NCBI GenBank assembly: GCA_047495785.1
Contig: JBLDXI010000048.1
Coordinates: 992,001 to 1,056,000, forward strand
Reading direction: 5' to 3'
DNA from: Lepidodermella squamata
Lineage: Eukaryota > Animalia > Gastrotricha
DNA length: 64,000 bases
The notes below the pieces were generated by a model. It saw only the letters and a list, made by a program, of their open reading frames with translations. It was not told where the DNA came from and searched no databases. The stretch's first letter is position 1; each line of letters opens with the position of its first letter. Below, one piece after another: positions 49,297-62,556 of the stretch. A program made the position numbers and the translations under genes.

Positions 49297-49675
49297 ATTG
49301 AGAATACAAACGCTAAAAACTCAGTATAGAACTCTTTTGCGTTGTAATAAAACCTTGATAGAAAAATGCGACCGTTTTCAGTTTTTTTAATTATTAATGA
49401 TATTTTTTATTCCCGCGCATCTAGGAATATTTACAGAATAAAACACCGCACACGTAAGTATAAGCAGATAACAATGATAGCAATTAGCAATGTAAGACAG
49501 CTTCTTGAAGCATCTTGAATATATTTTTCCCAGTTTCCTACTTCTTATCAAATTCTCGAAACTTGCACTCTTCAGGAAGATAGCGAGTTCTGATAATTTG
49601 AAAACGCCAGGATGTCCTAAACGACGAGTAATAAATCCTGTCACACATAGGGCCTGCTCTTATAATTTACTGATA

Positions 49676-51236
49676 ATGGACGTCGCATCGTTAGTAATTT
49701 CAGAGCTAACCAGTTGGTGGAAGGTTTTGGTACCCGCAAGTTTCCTGCTCTACGGTTCATGGATTTACATCACAGACAAATTCTACAACCTCCCTCCCGG
49801 CCCTATGCCGATCCCCTTTTTCGGGTCTATTTGGTATTTGGTGAAGGCGAGTGACCTCAATGGCTGCATGTCTAAAATCCTTCAACGTCTGACCCGGCAA
49901 TACGGATCCGTTTTCACAATGTACTTTGGACAGCTGCGCATGATTGCCATTAACGATGCTAAACTCGTTCAAGAGACAATGGTGGATCAGGGCCGCATTA
50001 CCAGTGGTCGAATGGAGGAAGTCATCCCGGGTGTAACAAGCCTAGCTAACAATGGCATCGTCTCAAGCAGCGGAGAAGTCTGGAAGAAGAATCGCCGATT
50101 CGGCCTTAAAGCCATGCGAGATTTTGGTATGGGCAAGGAAGTTATGGCCGCCAAAATTCAAGACGAAGCCTCGCATCTGCTGTCGTTTTTCGAGAAAGCC
50201 GCGAAAAAAGGAGAACCGATTTTCCCACGCCATGAAATATGCAATGCTGTCTCTAACGTAATTTGCGCTTTGGCGTTCGGTAAGCGATATGAAGACCCGC
50301 ATGATCCGGAGTTCGCTGGTCTTCTTAAAGAGCTTGACTCGGTCATTGTATCATCTCAGGAGCCACTAGAAACTGTGATTCTTCCGTTTTTAGCGTACTT
50401 CTACATCCCGAAAAACGTGTGTTTGCTAGAAGAATTTAATGTGGAATTTTATGATTTTTTCCATTCAGATCAAGAAATACCTGAACCTGCAGAGTAAAAT
50501 TAAGAGCATCACAAAAACTGCGATCGACGAACATCGGACGAGCTACGATCCGGATAACATCCGTGACTTCCCTGATCTATTTATCCAAAACGAGTTGGTG
50601 GATGGCATGAGCCTGAACGACGTGAGCTGGATAAACTCGGACATGTTCATCGCTGGTACCGAGACGACAAGCACAGCTCTAACGTGGTCACTTCTGTATC
50701 TAGGCAAGTATCCAGAAATCCAAACGAAATGCCAAAGCACCATTGACGAGGTTATCGAATCAGACCGCATGCCTTGCCTTGCTGATCGCCCCAAAATGTT
50801 GTATATCGACGCGTTCTTTCATGAACTGATGCGCATTACTTCGATTGTGCCCACAGCCCTCTATCACTCGAATTTGAGCACTCCCACGAAGATTGGCGGT
50901 TACGATTGCCCGCCCAATACAATGATTTGCTACAATGTGATGATGTTGCACAAAGATCCTGTCTACTGGAAAGACCCGGAGAATTTCCGTCCTGAAAGGT
51001 GGATTGATGCGAGTGGGAAACTTCTCAGCCATTCCTCTCATTTCATGCCGTTCGGAACTGGGCCGAGGATTTGTATGGGCGAGTCATTGGCCCGTGCCGA
51101 GTACTTCATATTCATAGTGTCCTTGCTGCAACGCTTCACCTTCGAGCTCGTCACCCCAGATGTCGACCTGGATCCGAAAACACCCGGTGTCGTTATTCCG
51201 TCTCCGGAGTATAAGCTCATCGTCCATGCTCGATGA
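49676..51236 (+). CDS. Cytochrome P450, CYP2 clan, copy 3
   Basis: Exons 49676-50416 and 50469-51236; closest to copy 2. Confidence 0.95.
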
Positions 51237-52025
51237 ATCTAGAACACTTCCATGAAGCTATGGATTATTCTTCCTTTGAAGAGAATAAAATCGAGTTCGT
51301 TTATTCTTCATTTTGGCCTTCAAGCTTTTATTCGTATAAATCATGACAGCTTAAGGGGCGCGGAAGACAGAATACGTGTATGCTTGTAAGTTGTGTCTTT
51401 TTACTCAAAGCGTCCTTAACCGCGTGCTTGTTCAGAGAATAGGAGGCTCCAATTTCATTTCGACTCTTATTCAATCATTAGCATTAAAGAAGAAAGTTAT
51501 TGTTTTCGCCCTCACAACTCACAATTCATTTTAAAAGCCCATGCTTTTACTTGCCATCTAACACGCAAGTTCAAATCTAAATCCGAGTTCCGAGTGATTC
51601 AGCGGTGCTTAGAGTAGCAGAGCGTGTGAACCTTCCCATCAAATCAATAATTCCAGGGAAATTATTGGAACAAAGTGAACGTGAGAGTTCCGTGAAGAGT
51701 GCGCGACGAGCGGGGTGAGCGCACGGCCCGGATACGTTTCCGCCGCACAGACAGGAATTGCGGCAGCATGGCGGGTTCCCACGGCATTTCAGTTATTAGA
51801 TACCCCCACTTAATATCGAAACTCGAAACTTGGATTTAAGCGGCGATCTTAAAAATAACTTCGAATATTAGTGAACATTACCCTGATGTAATAAACTCAC
51901 GAGGAAAATTGAATGAAAATTGAAACGTAAATTGATAAGCGTACATTCCACAGGACAGCGTCAGTTGTCACGATGACAGCCTTCCTAACTTGTATTATCC
52001 TCTTTTAACAAAATTTCTCGATAAT

Positions 52026-54541
52026 ATGCGCCCCAAGCTATTTTTCTTCCTAGCGATCAGCTACCTTGCCTGCGGTATAGCAAAAGGCCAAGATTTGAAA
52101 CAAAAACGACTTCTACTTCTAAACCTTCAACCTTTAAACGGACTGGATGCCAACGCAGTTTTTCTGCCTGATATCGTTAATGTTCTTGTTGATACGGCTA
52201 ACAAGTTAAACTTCATACCTGGCTACAAATTGGAAGGTCTCTTTGCCGATGAAGAAGCTGGACGGCAAACGGTTCCGCGTTTCATCGATTTCAGGCAGCG
52301 AAATGATACCGGAAATGTAGTAAAATCTCCGATTGTCGTGGGACCTTTCAGCCCGGCAAGTTGCTCTAGTCTCGGACCGATTCTACACCACTACCACGCA
52401 GTCGCCCTGTCACCGACCTGCACAGCTGTGGGCATATCCGATCATTCCAAATCTAAAAATTTGTATTTTAACCTTCGATCATGGGAAGTTTTTGCTTTGA
52501 CCATCCTATCCTTTATTGAGAAAGTTGGAAGTTGGAGGAGATTTGCTCTTATTGCAAATTCTGAAAGCTGGAGCGATAATAGAATAGCCACGTTAACCTA
52601 CAAAACAGCGCAATCGAATGGTTTTGAGGTTCCACTATTCACGAGCGTTAATGACATCAATTCAGATCTAATGCAAGATATTTTCAAATCAGAAGCTAGA
52701 ATTATTGTCATGCAAACAGGGAATAGTGATCTGCTGAAAAAGTTCCACTGCGTAGCTCATCTCTACGGTTTAAGAGGAGAACGATACGTCATCATAACAA
52801 CATTTACTGCTTTATACGATCCGTTAACGCTGACTAAGGAAGTAATGCCGGGATGTTCCAAGGAAGCGTCGCTTGAAATGATGAAGCAAACGTTTTTCGC
52901 CGGGCCGATGTATCGCTACGATGATCCAACTATTAGAGCTGAATGGGGCTATAACCAGTTGGAATTCGACGCTATGATGGAAGAATTTCAGATAAGAACG
53001 AAAAACAGGACTGTTCGGACCGGGAGTTACAGTTATCGCTACCTTTTCCATGACAATGCTCTTATGGCGCTTTTTGCACTTCGCGACTTGGAAAAGACCT
53101 TGAGAACGAAACATAACCTTACTTTGTCTGATTATGCTGAAAAGCCAGACCTAATTTCCATACTAGCCAATGAGTCAATGTTGGCAGCTGATTTGAAGGG
53201 TCTTCGCATTCCACCCGGTCGGATGTCCTTCAACCAAAAAACAGGCTTGATTGCGCAGGACATGCAGGGTTTAGTTCAGTGGAACCCTAAAACAAAGGAT
53301 CAATACGTAGCTCAAGTCTATCAACTCCCTGACACCCAAGAATTTCTGTATTCAAGCTATGTAGTTCGAAAGATGAACGACATCGAATGGATCAATGGAC
53401 GCCCTCCAAATGATCGACAGAAGACTCAGCTAGTTGTTCTGAAAGTCGCACTTGGCGTATCAATAACCATCTGGCTTTTCGCAGCTTTGATTGGAATTTT
53501 AAATGTAGCCTCAATCGTTTTGTTTTGGAAAAATCGTAACCAGGAATCTAGCGAGGTCCCTATGGTTAAAATCATCGGACTTGTTGGAAGTATTCTTTTG
53601 GTGATCGCCTCTGCAATTCTAGTCTCAGAAATGGACAGTAACACGCAAACGAACTGGTCGGCTGCTATAGCCTGCCTGGTCATTGGATTGTCGATTGTGA
53701 ATGGTATTGCAGCAATGAGATCAAAATGGCAATTTCCATGGAACAGTAAGCTCGTGATTAAAATTGGCTAGTTAATTCTTTTGATTTCTCTTCATCTTAG
53801 CCCGAAGAAAACATGTTAATAGAAGCAACAAGGTGAATCTATCGATGGTGAACCCGCAAACCAGCTACAACTCAGACCAGAAAACTCCCCAAACTTCACA
53901 AATTTCTGCTGCTGAATCGACCGCACAGGAATATGTTTTTCCAATAACCCGTAGACAACCTGTACAACAATCGAAGAGACATATCACTAGATCTATACTT
54001 ACAAGCAGTGCAGTTTTCTTCGCACTCAACTTGGTCATTTTAGCCATCTGGTTTATAACGGATCCTCAGGTTAGTTAGAATCAGACTTTTCCTAGATTTG
54101 TTTATTTGTTTGTCTAAATGCCAGATATGTTTGCTGAAAACATCAGCTCGACCTTTTTACGATCCACAAATCGATACATCGTTCGAAACACTTTCTTATC
54201 AGTGCTCATCGGCTGTTTTCAAACCAGCCGCCCTTTTTCCTTTGATCTTCTTGGCCCTTCATTTCATCACTCTGTTAGTAGCTGCTTATCTTTGCTACAA
54301 GCGCTTGAAAGCCACTGCTAGACCGAAAGAATTGCCCGCTGTCAGTATCTCAGTGGCAAATGCTATGGCGCTGCTTCCTGTGTTTGCGTTGATCCTTTCG
54401 ATCGTAGCCAGTAAGGAGTTAATTTCAGGGCCAGATATTCAGGTCATTCTAGCATCAGGTGGTCTCATTGCAGCAGCTTCAGCAACTTTATCCAGTATCA
54501 TTCCTGTTTTTATCAACCATAAACAAACCAACAGCGGTTAA
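52026..54541 (+). CDS. Divergent class C GPCR (GABA-B-like architecture)
   Basis: Exons 52026-53745, 53801-54069 and 54125-54541. Signal peptide, Venus-flytrap motifs (VVGP..P.SC, WRRFALI, EARIIV, CVAHLYGLRGERYV, WINGRPPND), no Cys-rich domain, seven hydrophobic helices including WFITDP. Confidence 0.85.
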
Positions 54542-55111
54542 AATACTATGAGAATCTGCTAAAAATGGCAAAGTAGCCATTAAAACAAAAAATTGTAACA
54601 TTGTGTGAATTTGTCCTTGAAATTTTCGAGTTTTCGATTCAAGCCGACGATTTCGACGAGTTCCAAACAGGAAGTCTCGCGAAGAATGCGTGGAAATAAC
54701 TCGAAACCATTTTCCGGATCAACCTACATCTATGAACTGACTTCTCCGGAAATAAACAGCTCTGTCTTACGGATTCGATTACCTTTCATGCGCGGGTCGG
54801 ACGTAGGGCGTAAATTGACCGTAATGTTGTTTTAGCAAATTCGGGGATGCGCTATATCGTCATCGCGTACTTCATATAAAGCATAACTCCAGAAACCTCA
54901 ATGAAACATTGGTCCTTAATCAAAACAGCAAACAACATGGCAATTGAATTTGATTCCGTTGAAAAATTGATGCCGAAAATCTTAAATATTTCAATTCTCA
55001 TGATTATTCTTTTCAAGAGAATAAAATTTAAAATTTACTAGAAAAATGCATTACAACTAGTGAATTTTCGACACAATATCGCGTGCTTTGCAGCGAGTTG
55101 TAAATTCAGAT

Positions 55112-55141
55112 CATAGATAAATAATAAATTATTTATCTATG
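55112..55141. mobile_element. 30-bp P-element-like excision footprint or minimal element
   Basis: CATAGATAAATAAT-AA-ATTATTTATCTATG palindrome flanked by the 8-bp direct repeat ATTCAGAT (55104-55111 and 55142-55149). Confidence 0.75.
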
Positions 55142-55387
55142 ATTCAGATTCATTCAGGTTGTTAATTCATTCTCATTCATAGATCGGAAAGAAAAAAAAT
55201 AGCCAGCTTATTTTTATATAAATACCCGTAAAATCGTATTTACATAAATAACAACGTTAAATTCTAACTGATAAAATTCAACGTAAAGGGTTTGTAATCC
55301 GGAGATAGGTCAGCTTTTTTGTTGGATCTGTTACTTAGAGCTCATCCTCGTTATCTATTACCCGTGCATTACTCGGATATATGTACA

Positions 55388-56946
55388 ATGAATGTGTTAT
55401 ACGAAATTGCATCATGGTGGACGGTCCTTGTCCCAACTTGGATAATTCTATACGGCTCCTATCGTTACATCTTGGACAAATTTTACAACTTGCCGCCTGG
55501 CCCTACTCCGATTCCTTATTTCGGCTCAGTTTGGACCGTTATAGCAACTAACAAAGACCTCAATCGCTGCTTCTCGAAAATTCTCATGCGCATGAGTGAG
55601 CGTTATGGGCCCATTTTCACATTCTACCGCGGACAATTTCGAATGATTTGTATAACTGACGCAAAGACCATCCAAGAAGTTCTTGTGGAACAAGGCAGAA
55701 CCTTTAGCAACAGAATCGAAGAAGTCATACCGAAAGTTGACCTGGTCGCTAATATGGGCATTATATCAGCGAATGGCGAGGTTTGGAAGCGAAATCGAAG
55801 ATTCGGCCTCAAGGCGATGCGCGATTTTGGTATGGGAAAGGAATTGATGGCAGCAAAAATTGGCGAGGAAGTATCTCATTTGATTACCTTCTTTGAAGAA
55901 GCCGCCAAGTCTGGCGAAGCTGTATTCCCTCGGCATGAAATCGTCAATGCCGTGTCAAACGTCATATGCTCACTGGCTTTTGGAAAGCGGTATGAAGCAA
56001 ACGATCCGGAGTTTGTTGATCTTGAGCACCAGGTCGATCAAGCTATTGCAACGGCTCAAGAACCGATTTTCACCGCGTTGGTTCCGCTTCTCCGATTTGT
56101 TCACACCCCCAGATTCGTGAGTTTATAAATACGGTCCCGTTGATTCGGAAGAATGTAAGATAAATTCTTTCGCAGGTTAGGATGTACCTGAAGTTGAACA
56201 AAGAAATTCGGCGGATAACCGTGGCTAGTATTGAAGACCATCGCAAAGATTTCAACCCCGAAAACATTCGAGATTTCCCAGATCTGTTCATTTTGAACGA
56301 ACTGTCTGAGGGCATGAGTTTGAAAGACTTCTCTTGGATCAACATGGACATGTTCATCGCAGGGACTGAGACAACTAGCACTGCCCTAACCTGGGCCCTG
56401 TTATACCTTGGCGTGTATCCAGAGATTCAATCGAAATGCAATGAAGCCATTGATCGTGTTATTCAATCAGACCGGATGCCTTGCCTAGCTGATCGGCCAG
56501 ATTTGGTCTACATCGATGCGTTTTTCCACGAATTGATGCGAAAAGCGAATGTTGTCCCGATATCGCTCTATCACACAAATTTGGACGTCCCGACCAAAAT
56601 AGCCGGCTATGATTGCCCACCTAATACGGTGATTTGCTACCATGTGATGATGCTACATCAAGATCAGAATTATTGGAAAGACCCTGAGAATTTCCGCCCC
56701 GAAAGATGGATCGACCCGTCGAGTGGGAAACTTCTCAGCCACTCCTCTCATTTCATGCCGTTCGGAGTCGGGCCAAGAATTTGCCTGGGTGAATCTTTGG
56801 CAAGGTCTGAGTTCTTCATTTTCTTAGTTGCACTGCTCCAGCGATTCAGATTCGAGCTGCTCACAAAGGACGTCGATCTAGATCCCAGTCAACCAGGGGT
56901 TGTGAATGCCTGTCCCGAATATAAACTTCGAGTGTTTAGTAGATGA
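55388..56946 (+). CDS. Cytochrome P450, CYP2 clan, copy 4
   Basis: Exons 55388-56116 and 56176-56946; FGVGPRICLG. Confidence 0.94.
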
Positions 56947-57169
56947 AATGCAGATTTCTCGAATCTTTTATCGAAACGCTTTATGAATTATTTTTAATGA
57001 TTCATTCAAATTCGTGTCAAGTAAATATGTCAAATTAAAAGGTGAACCCAAACGGACTTTTTATGTTATTCTGAATGAGCTGAATGAGCTTCTGAATGAA
57101 GTTGGAGAAAACCAAGAACAGTTTTGCAAATTTTATTGAAACATTTTGTTTCTGCCATTAAATCAGAAT

Positions 57170-57478
57170 TCAAAAGCGGCTGCAGGTGCAGTAGGGGAAG
57201 TTGAAATGAGCCGGAACTGGGTCGCGGTAGCTCGAGCTGAAATATTGACAGTAACCAATGCATTCAGACTCTTCACCGGAAAATATCATGGCGGACGGTT
57301 CGATGCATTCACAGTTGAATTCATCCATGTCAGGGTCGAAGAACCCAACGTCCTTATCCAAGTCGTTGCGGCAGTAGTTGAAACAGCTTTCATCACTGTC
57401 GGTAGTAATGACATACTCCTGGCCATAAGCGGCGGCCATGGTACAGGCAATCATTGCAACAATGAGAACTGATTTCAT
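57170..57478 (-). CDS. Small secreted Cys-rich protein, family member 5
   Basis: Signal peptide then QEYVI; CFNYC...CEC and CIGYC...CTC; TATAAATA upstream near 57545. Confidence 0.85.
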   Translation of the reverse strand: MKSVLIVAMIACTMAAAYGQEYVITTDSDESCFNYCRNDLDKDVGFFDPDMDEFNCECIEPSAMIFSGEESECIGYCQYFSSSYRDPVPAHFNFPYCTCSRF

Positions 57479-58271
57479 GTTGTAGCTTACGACAACTAGA
57501 ATGCGTTTGAAATAGGATATGTAAATCGAGCCGAATGTCTCCTCTATTTATAACAAGACGAGCCCACGCTTTTCGGGGCCCAGGGTGCCTTGAGACATGA
57601 GATGGAGAAACATGCAGTCCCACGCGATAAGAATTGGGAAAATAGGATGAATTCACATGCAGTGAGCTTTTTAACCGATATTTGATCCCGTAAAGGTCCT
57701 AGATATTTTCGACAAATGAGACACGCCTAGAAGGTTTCCAGATTTGTAAAACGAACAGCTGGCTTGCGAACCCACGTCATGACGACATGAAACGTAGCTG
57801 TAACATTGAGTGTGCAACTTTTGTATTCATTATCTTCACGAAGGATATTCCATGTCACACGCTAGATTCAATTTTCAGCAGCCAACTTTATCTCAGAGGA
57901 ATATTGTGCGCTCAACAAAGTAGCATTTTTCAACCCTTCGACTCACGGTGCTCGCTCGGAGTTATCTTTTTTTCCTGTTCAGTTTTCGTCCCTTTCGCTA
58001 CCTGGGTCAGTGAATTACAGATACAACAAATACAAAGAATGATATGAAGTATTGAACCTCGATTCAGCTCCTTTTTTCTTTCTACGGCGCGCTTATATAA
58101 AGTTAAATATATACATATATATATTATAGCTACGCAACATACGAAGACTACCACACGACTACATAAACAATATCGTATATATAAATACATACGACCGCAC
58201 GATATTCGTAGCGTACCTTTTGATAATCGCACACACTTATTCAACCTCTCTCAGTATTACCCAGTTTCAAA

Positions 58272-59843
58272 ATGAACGAAAACGCGCAGAATCTGGCATA
58301 TCAGTTGCTCTCATGGTGGAAGGTGATTGTACCTACCTGTGGCCTGCTATATGGGTCATGGCGTTTCCTCCTCGACAAACGCTATAATCTTCCTCGAGGC
58401 CCGATGCCAATTCCGTTCTTCGGCACAATCTGGGTATTGATCAAAGATTCAGACCTAAAAGGCTGCTTGCACAAAAATTTAAAGCGGTTGGCGCAGCGCT
58501 ACGGCTCAATATACACTCTCTACCTCGGGCAGATGCGAATGATTGTTATCAGCGACGCTAAAACAGTTAAGGAGACTCTAATTGATCAGGGCAAGATTTT
58601 CAGTGGGAGAATTGATGAGAGGATCCCTGGTGCCTCGAATATATGCGGCAACGGAATAGTTACCGCTAATGGTGACGTCTGGAAGACTAACCGTCGCTTC
58701 GGTCTCAAGGCAATGCGAGATTTCGGTATGGGGAAAGAAGTCATGATCTCTAGAATTCAAGACGAAGCGAGCCATTTGCTGAGTTTCTTTGAAGACATGG
58801 CTGTAAAAGGCGAACCAGTTTTCCCACGCCATGAGATATGTAACGCTGTATCCAACGTAATCTGTGCTCTTGCGTTTGGAAAGAGGTATGACGACCCTAA
58901 AGACCCGGAATTCGTGGATCTACTCCATAGATTGGATGGCGCTCTTGAGTCATCTCAAGAGCCATTATTGACCGTCTTTTTCCCTTTCCTAAGATTTGTC
59001 CATCAGCCGAGTGTTGTAAGCTTTTGACCTTTGCGATATTTAGGAGTAATTACAATTGTGACCTTTCAGTTTCGCAAGTTCAATCAGCTACAGCAAACAA
59101 TCAAAAGTATCACAACAGCAGCTATAAATGATCACCGATCGAATTTCGACCCTGAAAACATTCGGGATTTCCCAGACCTATTCCTACAAGCCGAAATGAG
59201 CGAAGACGCGATGAGTTTGGATGATTTCGCCTGGATCAATATGGATATGTTCAACGCCGGTACTGAAACAACGAGTACTGCTCTCACTTGGTCGTTGCTT
59301 TACCTCGCAAAGTATCGGGACGTCCAGGAGGAATGTCAGCGAGTTATTGATGAAGTAATTGAGTCAGACCGTTTGCCTTGCCAGGCCGATCGATCGAAAA
59401 TGGTGTATATCGACGCGTTTTTTCACGAATTGATGCGGTCAACAACGATTGTACCAACAGCATTGTTTCATTCCAATTTGGATGTTAACGCTCAAATTGC
59501 TGGGTACGACTGTCCGCCTGAAACTATAATTGTTTACAACGTTATGATGCTTCACCACGATCCTGTTTATTGGAAGGATCCTGAAAATTTCCGCCCAGAA
59601 CGTTGGATTGATCCAAATAGCGGCAAGCTTCTTTCCCATTTCTCCCATTTCATGCCGTTTGGAACTGGGCCTAGAATTTGCATGGGAGAAGCCTTGGCGA
59701 GAGCCGAGTACTTCATTTTCTTAGTTTCTCTACTGCAAAGATTCAGCTTCGACTTGGTCACTAAAGATGTTGAATTCGACCCCAGCAATCGCGGGATCAT
59801 AAACTCATGCCCTGAGTATAAAGTTATTGTTCGATCGCGGTAA
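58272..59843 (+). CDS. Cytochrome P450, CYP2 clan, copy 5
   Basis: Exons 58272-59015 and 59070-59843; FGTGPRICMG. Confidence 0.95.
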
Positions 59844-60370
59844 ATTGTTGTTTTTTCCAATAAAACTATCAGAAAGATCAGCGCACTCTGGTTATTTCGT
59901 TAAGTGATTGTCTGAAATGTACTTGAGTTGGGTAATCACGAGTTTCGACAATAGGTTGAGAGCTTATTCATCATTCTTGAATCACATAGTCTATGAAGGA
60001 TGCAAAGGCCGGATGAAAATAATGCGCATAATATAAACGGCTTTTCCGATTTTCAAGGCTATTTCCAAGTCTTGGCCTATTAAATAGCTTTGTGCTAATA
60101 ATTTCAAACAACTATCGCCATGGTTACGCAAAGACTGCAAGTTTGAGTGAAGCAAAGAGGTTGTATTGCACGAACTGGTCCAAGCATGCTGCAGAATTGC
60201 ATGCCCTGAAAGAGCTCATATCCCTTGCCAAGGATGAGCACATCACCTAAGGTTGAACCCTATTTCGCTCATTATTATGAGTCAGCATTATTTCCCGTTT
60301 GCACCCTCATTGTTATATCACCTCTTTTCAATATTATTCGGCAGTATTGAAGTTTAAAATAGCCACAGCG

Positions 60371-60506
60371 CATTGTTTACTCTGGCGGCAATTAGCGAAG
60401 CTTTTCTCATTACTGAGCAGGAAATGTTCTCAATTTTGGCAAAAAGAAAAAAAAGACATGTTCGAAGTTCAAATTCGATCTTAGCATACTTAGGCTCTCA
60501 TAGTTC
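60371..60506 (+). pseudogene. Decayed duplicate of the lectin gene 5' region
   Basis: Aligns by eye with about 61010-61175 (TAGCG.AGCTTTTCTC...AAAAGACATGTTC...TTAGCAT). Confidence 0.45.
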
Positions 60507-61117
60507 ATATTTCTCCAAAAATTTTAAACAATTACCAGCGTGTTCGTTTTGATGTCGCCTATCTGGAACCATCAAAAAATATTTCTGAATTTCTGAATAC
60601 TCGTGTTTTGTGGCTCAGGCAAAAAATCGGGGTAGTCCTGCGTCCGTCAACATCTACGTCACATGCCCCGAGTATACAATTTTTGTCCGATCGCGATAAA
60701 TTGTATTATTAATAATTAATAAAATCGTCAGAATGGTCTTTATGCTTACTTCTTTTTCCTTGAATAGTCTGGTTAATTAGGATAAAAAGAATGAACGAAC
60801 TGGCTGAAAATTGGCAAACATTACTACTCCAGAAAGAGCTCTTATCTTCTGCCATGGATTAGCACGCCACCCATCACTGAGCTCAAGTCGCCGGCAACTT
60901 TTGCTCATTACAATTAGTTGCTGGCAATGTTATGCGTAGTTTGCATTGTTATTTCACCTGCTTTCAAATATTCTTCGTCAAAAATAAACCGAAAAATAAA
61001 CATTACGCCTTGTTTGCATTGGCCACAACTAGCGCAGCTTTTCTCGATTGTTCATTTAACGGAAGCGGGAAAAATTGCTTCATTTTCGCAAAGAAGAGAA
61101 TATCAAAATAAAAAGAC

Positions 61118-62242
61118 ATGTTCAAGTTCAACTTCATATCAAGCTCAATTTTAGCATGTGCAGCTCTCCACATAGCTAGTTGCTCCCAAATGTCGGCCGC
61201 TTCCCGTAATATCACGAGTGTAAGTACTCAACTTCATTTGATTTGTCTCGTTTTAATAATTTTCTTCAACAGCCTGTAAGTTTAAATGCACCGGCGAAAT
61301 TGTTGCTTTAGCTAACATTTTAGATCCATGGTTTCACGGGTGTTACTGGGTCATGGTCTCCAGACGTTTGCCCCAATGAGCTGGGATCAGGCTACGTGCT
61401 AGCCCACATTGCAGTTCCGTCGCAGAACAAAGCAGCAGTAGCTAGCATGGAGAGCAAAACTGCGAAATACTGGATCGGGCTTTCATTCGATTCGAAAGCC
61501 GGCCAATGGCAATGTAAGCTTTTATGATTGTTCAGTCGGAATATTCGCTACTCTCCTCCAAAAGGGTGGGATGATGAGACGTACCTTCAGTCAGGTGGCT
61601 ACATCAACTGGCGTGAGGGCGACGGAAAGGGATGTGAGAACTGCTGTGCCTACATGACCTATGACGGCCTGTGGGGCTCGGCTCCTTGTTCTGAGAATCT
61701 GAACTACATGTGCGAGCAGCCAGTTCCTAATCTTCCAGCAGCTGTAAGTCTTTCAAATTGATTTACGACATCATGATATTCGGTTTCTTTCAGCTTTGGA
61801 ACTTTAAGGTTCTCGAAAATGAAGCCGGGCCATGGTCGAAATGGGTTTGTCCGAGTAAATTGGGTCAAGAGTGGGATCTTGCTCACCCATGCTGCGGAAT
61901 CGACAATGAAGAGATCATCGGTACAATGACAAAGCAGGCAAACTACTGGCTCGGTCTCTGGTGGGATAGCTACTCTAAAGCTTGGAAGTGTATGGCATAA
62001 TATTGAAGTAGCATTTTTAAAGGCTAATTGTTATTTGCTTATTCTCAGGGCACTTCACGGGCACGGCTCTGCAAGGTACCGACTACGTCAATTGGGATCC
62101 TGAGCTAGTTTCCAAGTTTGGAAAAATCCCGCCGGGTTGCAAGAATTGCTGTGCCTACGTCAAGCCCTCAGGTTTCTGGGATTTTGCCAGCTGCACTGAG
62201 AAATTCTATCACATCTGTGAGTCTGCTAAAGATGTGATCTGA
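61118..62242 (+). CDS. Secreted protein with two C-type lectin-like domains
   Basis: Exons 61118-61219, (61273-61275), 61324-61513, 61565-61743, 61794-61989 and 62049-62242. YWIGL/YWLGL, YINW/YVNW, CxNCCAY and W...C.....Y/H.CE motifs, each twice. Confidence 0.85.
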
Positions 62243-62556
62243 AAAGAAAACTCCACACTCTTCAGCTTGAAATTGATTTCACGCCGAAAAAGTATTATAA
62301 GCTTGAAGAAATGTGTTCAGATCCATATGATTTAGGGCCGTACGTAACAGGAAAATTCAAGTTAGGAGCAAAATAGTTTGATTGGATGAGACAGAGATTA
62401 GCAAACATGACTCTGGATGTCATTATAGTCGGAATAAAAATGATGCAGTGCCTTGCAATTAGTGAAATACGGAAATACTTAATGGAAAACAAAATGCAAC
62501 AATATTTGCAACAAGTATTTTAAGCTCAAATTGCTGGTTACGCGTCGTCCTCGCGA

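Noticed and set aside
49505-49675. N-terminal extensions of CYP ORFs (also 55319-55387)
   Set aside because: They start at non-ATG codons; paralogue alignment places the starts at 49676 and 55388.
51578-51838. Imperfect inverted repeat TAAATCCRAGTTYCGAGT
   Set aside because: Too short and degenerate, with no TSD.
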